Source: Camelus ferus (lineage: Eukaryota). From it: 64,000 nucleotides of DNA. Under the pieces are notes generated by a model. That model was not told the origin of the DNA, made no database searches, and was given only the letters and a program-made list of their open reading frames with translations. Location: assembly GCF_009834535.1 (NCBI RefSeq), contig NC_045720.1, positions 310,001-374,000 on the forward strand, written 5' to 3'. Position numbers and translations under genes: made by a program. Shown here piece after piece: positions 55,481 to 64,000 of the stretch. Numbering within the stretch: position 1 is the stretch's first letter; every line of letters starts with the position of its first letter.

Positions 55481-57447
55481 AAAAGGTTCTTAGAAAGGTG
55501 GTCATCTATTTATGCTGATTTTAAGGAAAGGTCACACACAGTTCACTCGACCCTCGACTGACCCCAAAGCAGGGGCATCACGGGTGGAAAGAACAGCCTG
55601 CGTCAAAGTGGAAGGACCCAGTGCACTGCAGATATGGGAAGAGCCGAGGTGGGAGTTTAGGAGGGTGGGGGCTGGCAGCGGGGTTAAGTAGTCAGGACAT
55701 GAGGAGCCTTGAACGCCAAACCAAAAGCGGGCTTTATCCTGGAAGCGAGGGAGCACCAGTGGAGGAAAGGGTGTGACTTAAGAGTTGTTGGAGAGAAAGA
55801 CCTCTTTGCTGACCGCGTGGGGCTAGGAAGCTATATGTAGCCTGGTAAGACACCAGGACCCCTCAGCTAGAGCCCTGGAAACAGACAGGAGTTGGCGGGG
55901 TGTTGTAGGAGTCCAGAGGAGGCCCGGTGCCGTCTGAAGGGAGGGCCTGAGATAGTGGAGGGGACAGTGTGGTGCCCCCATGCATCATCCATCCCAGCCT
56001 CAGGCTTCCTCCAGAGCTCCCATCCCTCATTCCTTCCCTCAGCACCTCAGTGAGAGCTGGGCACCCTCTGCATGCTGCAGATTTTCAATACTTCAAGGGT
56101 ATAATGGGGGGGGTGCTGCTGCATATGAAAAGCTGAATTCTTGGAGTAAAGTGATATAAAGTGTGTCCCTGTGCTCCTGTGACCTCCCTCAGGTCCTGGG
56201 GTCCTAACACCAACACCACCACCACTGCTGGTGCCCAGTCCTCACCAGCAGGGAATCTGGGTTTTGAGGCAGGGTACAGAGCACAGGCCCTGACTGACTT
56301 GAGGATCAGAGCCACAGACCAGATGTCCAGGGAGGAGGTGAGGGGACAGAAGGGTCTGAGACACAGGAGGACCATGTCTCAGGGCAGCAGCCAGATGCAT
56401 TTTTCCAGGACCACACCTTGGGGCCAGGCCTGAGCAGGGGGTGCTGGCCCTGCAGGCCTCCCCAGTCTCCACTCCCTCTCCTGGAGTGCCCCTCCTCTGC
56501 TCAGGGCAGCTCCCCACCAGCCTGGGGAGCATTTCCCTCCGAGCCTAACCTGCAGGGCCCTGAGGCTGCCTGGAAAGCTTTTTCTGTGAACCCATATGTA
56601 ACACACCTGCACTCACTCTTGCCTAGTGTGAAGCCAGGTGGTCCTCCCGGGCACCCCTGGGAAGGAACCATAACCCATGGGGCTGTATTCTCAAGGCCTG
56701 GCCCCCAGTGAACCCCTACAGCTAGAAGGCCTCTCCCTCCATGCACACCCTCCCAAAGGCACTGCCTGAGTGCCCAAGAGAACCAAGTGGCATTCTCCCA
56801 AGGGACCAGAAGAGGAAGAGGGAGACAAACATGCTTCCAGGATGTCATTTGGGGCCAGGCAGATCCAGGTTCCCAGGGCCAGTGAGGTACACAGTGAATA
56901 ATGAGGGCTGGTCAGCTCCCAGGACTCACTGTGGACCCGCACCAAGGTGGGAAGGAAAGTGGCCTCAAGGGCCAGGGGAAGCCTGCTGGGGCTCTGCAGC
57001 AACCTGTGCGGAAAATCCCTTGAGTCAACCATGTCCCTCTTTTGTTTCTGAACTTTCTTCTAGGAAGTCCTCCTAGACTACCACCAAAGTCAGGCTAGGG
57101 CTAGCTGCTCGGCCTTGAACTCTGGGCAGGGCCCACCCCTTATTGGGCAAATCACTCCATTTGTTAAATGCGAGCCTGAGATCCAGCTGGGATAAAGGAA
57201 CTGTGGGTCATAAACCCCTTGGAAGGGCTTTTCCTTCCACCTCTGGGGGGATGCCAAAGGCAGCCCAGGAGTGAGGAATGAGGCCTGGGTGGCCGCCTGC
57301 AGCCCCCACTGGAATCTCCCCTGCTCCTCCCTTCCAGATTAACCGAAACCTGCTAATTGTGGCTGCCCTCTGCATGCTCCCCTCCCCCACCGCCTATTTC
57401 TACCTCCCTTTGCCTCCCCTCCCCTCCCCCTTCCATCCGAATGATAA

Positions 57448-59082
<1,635 letters not shown>

Positions 59083-59595
59083 GCCTCCCAGGGCAGGGGC
59101 AGCTTTCCTCTCCCACCCTCTCCCGCCACCATCTGGCTTGTTGAGGGGAAACCAAGGACAAGAGGACCAAGAGGTGTGCGTAGCTACAGCAGCATTGAGA
59201 CACGAGGCATCAGTCGAGCTGAGAGTCCACATGTTTACTGGACTGCCCCAGAAGAGCTGTGGCCCAGCTGGGTGTCACCCTGGCCCTGGTAGTCAGCCAT
59301 GCCTCACCTACCCCAAGGCAAGGCTGGGAGCAGGGCTCTGTTTGGAGTAGCCCTTCCTGGTCCCACCATCTCTGGCCCTCTGCCCATCTATCCAACCATC
59401 CATCACCATCAGTCACCTCCCCTCCCTGGCTCTGGGCTGGGGGAGGGAAAGCCTAATGGCAGCTCCGGCCTGAAATCCTGCCCTTCCTCAAATGCCTGGA
59501 AAGGAGGTAGCACCTTCTGGGGGAGAGGGAACAGAGGCCCTACCTAGTTTTGATGGTGGTAGTGGGGAAGATAACAGTAAAGAAACAGACAACAT

Positions 59596-59601
59596 TTTAA
59601 T
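59596..59601 (-). terminator. KIFC2 polyA signal ATTAAA
   Basis: TTTAAT on +, about 300 nt past the KIFC2 stop. Confidence 0.6.
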
Positions 59602-59904
59602 GCAAGTCTGATATTTGGTGGCTGGGTAGTGACTCTGGTGACCACTTGGCCAGGGTCTGCCTCCCAGCTCTGAGACCCCCTGCGGCGCACTGCGATAACA
59701 TCAGATGGTGATAAGGAAGGGGCTGAGAGCCTGGGCCAAGGGGAGGCAGTCATTACCCCAGGCCAAACACGGGGTTAGAGGAGAGGCAGGTAGACTGGGA
59801 GTTTTGGGGGCACTGGGTCCCTAGAGGTCGAGGAGGTCGTGAGGAGAGTGGGGTCTTTGCTGCCTCTGCCGGCAGAGACGCGACTCCAGACTCCTCGGGC
59901 GGGA

Positions 59905-62900
59905 CTACGAAGGCAGCTCCTCTGGTGGTGAGAGGGCCGAGCTGGAGCCGCTGTCCAGGCCAGGGCTTGGCGGGCTGCCGGGGGATGGCGTCGGCGTGCA
60001 GGGCGTCCCAGTGAGCGGTGTGTCGGTGCTCAGGGAGGAGGGCGTCCCAGAGCGCGGGGCCCTGCGGGGCCTAGCCGGCCCCAGCTCCACTTGGCCCACT
60101 CGCTCGGCGAACTTGAGCGAGCACACGGTCTCGCCGAGATCCTCGGGCCGCGTGGAGATCTGCGAGGGAGCGGGCTGGTGGGCGGGCCCGAATGGGCGGC
60201 GCCTGGCATGCAAACCACCCTCCCGCGGTCCTGCTGGGTGGGCCCCACCTGCAGCAACAGCACTGCCGTGGCGCCGGGGCCGAGTGCGGGCTGCAGCAAG
60301 CGTGTGAGCTGCGAATCGCGGAAGGGCACGTGTGGCCGGCGGGCCCGCAGCGCAGTCATCACGCCTCCCAGCGCCAGCAGCGAGCGATTGATGGTCCGAG
60401 CTTCCCGCAGACGTTGGGCGCCGTCCCGGTCTTCCCACGAGGTGCCGGCTGTCCCCGCCTTCCAGGCACGCTCGGATCCGGCCAGGTCCACCAGGTGCAA
60501 CGTGCCTGTGGGGACACGCGAGCCCGACATCAAAGGGGGCCCGGTGTCGGTTCGGCGACGCCCCCCACAGGGCTCAGGCGCGGGCCGTGGTACCTGAGGT
60601 GGCAGGACCGCGCAGTGGGGACGCCGTGCGCAGAGTCAGCGTGACCAGGGCATGCGAACGAGAGCTGTGCTGGTTCATGACGGTGGCGGCGGTGGCCCGG
60701 TTGCCCCTTCCCAGGCTCAGCATCTGGAGGCCGGAGCAACAGGGCTGGCCTACTGCAGGATCTGGGCCCCAGGTGGGAGCACCGCGCGGGGCCTTGGAGG
60801 ACTTCATGGCCTTACCTGATGCAACGACTCCAGGTTGGGCACTTCCCAGTGGGTGAGGCCAGCCACCTGGATTCCCCCCTGGCCTGCTGGGCCTTGCCTC
60901 ACGGCCAGGCGCTGGGGAGGCCCTGGGGCTAGGAGGTCCCTGGGTGTGAAAGGGGGGGGGCTTTGTTGGGAGTTCTAGGAGGGTGGAACCAAAAGAAGGC
61001 GGGGCAGAGGCAGCCAGGGACAACCCTGACCTGACAGCTTCGTTGTAGATCTCCACCATGCTGAGTGTCACGTGGTGCTGTCCCCCTGTCCCCATCTCCC
61101 GGAACAGTGACTGCAGTGCCCTAGGAGCTATGCCAGGGTCCTCAGGTGGACCCTGGGGACGGGGCAGGGTGCCACATTAGGCTCATTTCCCAGCCCCTGG
61201 CCTCAGGAGCCACCCAGACTCCCCACTTTCCCACCTCCATGCTGTAGGTCTTCCCTGTCCCCGTCTGACCATAGGTGAAAATGCAGACACTGTAGCCTCC
61301 AAGGCAGGACAGCACAGCTGACTCCAGTTCTCTGAAGACCTAGGGGTAGGAGGAGTGGGAGGGGCCCTAAGCCCCGGACATGAACAAATCGATTTCTCTG
61401 GGAGGAGGATGGGTCTAGCTAGGGGAGCATAATGGGAGGGTGGATCTTCCAACAGACAGAGTAGGCTCCCTGGAGAACATGGCATTTGCAAGAATTTGCC
61501 AAGCAAAGACAGGGAGGGACATGACAGGAAAAGAGAACAGGTGATACAGAGTACTGGAGTCCTGACAACAACCACTTGGGAGGCCAGGGGAGTACCCCGG
61601 GCTTGACTGCCAGGTTCAAATCCTGCATCTGGTTGGAGGCAAATCACTCAGCCTTCCCCTATGAGAGATAAGGACTACAGTGGCACTTGTTATGAGGGTT
61701 AAGTGGCAACATCTACCAGGAGGGCTAGTGCAGCACCCAGCACACGACAGATGAACCCTGAGGGCCCCATGGGTGTGGGGGACAGTGGCCAGCTGAAGCC
61801 TGAGAGGGTGCAGAAAGGCAGGTGAAGGGAAGATGGAGATGGGACTTGTGTCCTGTGGCAACTGGACACCAGCAGCAGCCTTCTGAGCAATGAATTCGCC
61901 AGATTTCATGCCCAGAAGGTGGCTGATAACTGAGCGGGCTGTCAGTTCTGCGTGAAGTGTTGGCTGCCAGTCAAGAGGGCAGAATCAGAACTGCCAGTGG
62001 GGTCACTCAGATTCCACGACCAGAAAGAAGCACTGGGGGTGGCTGTGGCGGGGGCACTGTGGCACTGTTGCAGAGGTGGGAACATAGGCGAGGGGACTTC
62101 TAACAGATAACTTTAGCTCTGTCATCCAGATGCGTTGAATTGGAGGGCCCTGTCCAGAAAGGCTATCCAGAAAACAGTGGACAAGGAGGGCCCCGTTCAG
62201 GGCTGCAGTTTGGGACGGAGGCTGAAGACGGGGTTGGGGGTAGTGTGGAGGATAACCAGAGAGAAAGGTAGGTGGAAAACAGCTGTGGGACCCCAGGAAG
62301 TAGGGGAGAGAGCCCCAGCCGCCTGCCAGGCACTCTCATCACACTCTGTCCCTGTGAGGCCAGCACAGGTCTGAGTCTGACAGCTCTGCCCCTTGACTCA
62401 CCCCCTCCCGACTCTCAGCCTTCATTTCCTGAGCTATGGAAGGTCGAGTTGCAAAGTCTGTGTGCGATGGAGATGGTGTATGTGAGGCAAGGTGGTGGTG
62501 GGGCTGTGACTTAAGCCTCTGTGACTTAAGCCTCTGTTTTTCAGCTCACTGGGTCTAGCAGGAAAGGGGAGGGAAGCAGGGAGGATCTGTGTGGAACAAT
62601 GGGAAAGCCTTGAGGCTGGAAGATCACCTGTGCCCCACCATTCCCCTGGCCACAAAGTAAGGAGGGGTGCCCGCTGTCAGGGCTGGGCCGGGGAGTGGGC
62701 AGCTGAAGAAGCCTGGGGGGAGGAGGTCACAGCACTGTCCCCACCACAACAGCACCCCAGCCATGCTCCACAGCCAGCCTTGCATGAGCAGTGCCTGTCA
62801 CTTCAGACATGTTCATTATCATTAGTTTCCTGGTAAAAAAAAGTATTTTTGAAAATGGTAATCTTCCTGTCTAAACCAGGAAGTCTCCTGCTTGCAGGGC

Positions 62901-64000
62901 TCGGTGGGGGAATACAAAGGGAAAACCCTGGAAGGAAAGGAGGTGCCCAGCTAGGATGCCAGTCTGCCTCCCAGACTCTGACTCCTTTCCCTTCCCTGCT
63001 AGAGTCCAGCCACTCTCCCTCTGAGGAGGGCAGGCCAACAGGGAAGGGGAACTCAGAACTTCTTCGGGACTCCAGGGGACTCTGAGGGACAGTCAGCACA
63101 GGCGCAAGGGTGGGGCATCACCTCCTCCTGGCTGGCATGTGGAGGGAAGACCCAGTCTAGGCGGAAGCGACGCTGGTGCCCTCGATAGCAGGTGGTGACA
63201 GTGCCACCTGGGCCAGGCTCCAAGCTCACCAGGCTGGAGGGTGTCCCTGGCCTCAGCCGACACAGCACACGGATGTTTCCTGGGGTGGAGAGCAGGTCAG
63301 CAGGGCTGCCTCCCAGGTCCTAAAGCACCGAGAGGCTCCAGTTCCTCCACCTCTCCCTGCCCCATCCCTGTGCTCCCCAAGAATGCCATACCTTTGAGCT
63401 CCAACAGCCGCCCTGGGCATCCAGCTAGGGGCCCCTGCTTTGCCTCCTGGAACTTGGTCCCAGCCCCTCCAGCTGACAGTGCCCCCAGGGCCCAGGATAC
63501 CTGGGGGAATAAAGATGTGAGGAAGGGAAACAGTCCAAGAAGAGCCAGGGGTTGGGGGTGCGGTGCTGAGAGCAATATCCACCACGGGGCCCCCCAGCTG
63601 TGGTGATCTACAACTTCCAATGGCTTCAGGCCCCTGGGGGCATCATTCAGGGGGCCTGGGATGGAGCTGAGGAACCAGAGGAGAACCATAGGCAAGGACA
63701 TCATCGGTCTCTCCAGGGCTTCCTGGCCACCCTGTGAGGGATTCACTGTCACCCCAGTTTGCACAGAACAAAAATGACACCCAGAAGTGAGATCACACCC
63801 AGGATCACACAAGTTGTTCTGGTTCCAGAGCCCACAACTCCCTGGGGCTGGAAAGAGGATAAACAGAGGTTCCCAGAGTAGACCAGTGACAATGCTGCCC
63901 AGAGAGTAAGTGCAAGAGGGGAGCCAGTGGTCCTGACCTGACCCCGGGCTTCACTCAGCGAACCCTGACAGCTCTGGGTAAAGGTGCTGACCAGGCCTCG
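59905..64000 (-). CDS. KIFC2: Kinesin-14 family motor KIFC2, 3' part (C-terminal motor domain); 5' exons lie outside the window
   Basis: Exons (>64000)-63938, 63500-63392, 63279-63122, 61339-61235, 61152-61031, 60939-60816, 60723-60594, 60505-60249, 60159-59905. [12 protein letters not shown]-loop GQTGTGKT, switch I SSRSH, switch II DLAGSE. Confidence 0.96.
61595..61745 (+). mobile_element. MIR SINE fragment in a KIFC2 intron
   Basis: ccaggttcaaatcctg...ggcaaatcactcagcctt...gttatgagggttaagtg...gtgcagcacccagcac. Confidence 0.6.
62504..62533. repeat. Perfect 15-bp tandem duplication (CTGTGACTTAAGCCT x2)
   Basis: Two exact adjacent copies in a KIFC2 intron. Confidence 0.85.

Noticed and set aside
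55277-55561. 94-aa plus-strand ORF with a perfect Kozak context (GCCATGG)
   Set aside because: The ATG is part of the RFX-like palindrome in a CpG island, and the peptide is low-complexity and runs into non-island DNA.
57158-57175. Possible SOX-OCT composite site upstream of FOXH1 (CATTTGTTAAATGC)
   Set aside because: The SOX-like half is present but the octamer half does not match ATGCAAAT.

Overview
This is a GC-rich, gene-dense mammalian window. It is the reverse-oriented equivalent of the human 8q24.3 block: ARHGAP39 (3' part, +), C8orf82 (+), LRRC24 (+), LRRC14 (-), RECQL4 (+), MFSD3 (-), GPT (-), PPP1R16A (-), FOXH1 (+), KIFC2 (3' part, -). I reconstructed all coding exons by hand from GT-AG boundaries. 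Every complete gene closes in frame: 223, 514, 493, 1181, 406, 496, 522 and 360 aa. A young tRNA-derived SINE at 29078-29212 resembles the family I know from camelid genomes, so the source is probably alpaca, llama or camel (inference). A 164-N gap hides the end of the ARHGAP39 CDS. The PPP1R16A 5' intron holds an old L1 with nested MER58 and MLT1 insertions. I see no prokaryote-type or wholly new system. The most interesting signals are: (1) a 90-nt stop-containing RECQL4 intron where human has continuous exon; (2) a RECQL4 zinc knuckle that has lost a different ligand from the one lost in human; (3) a 64-nt RECQL4 intron; (4) interlocked C8orf82/LRRC24/LRRC14 transcription units, with weak and strong polyA signals that could switch antisense overlap and read-through; (5) in-frame indels in MFSD3 and C8orf82; (6) promoter-like motifs just after the LRRC24 stop. 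Comparisons with human are from memory and need confirming by alignment.
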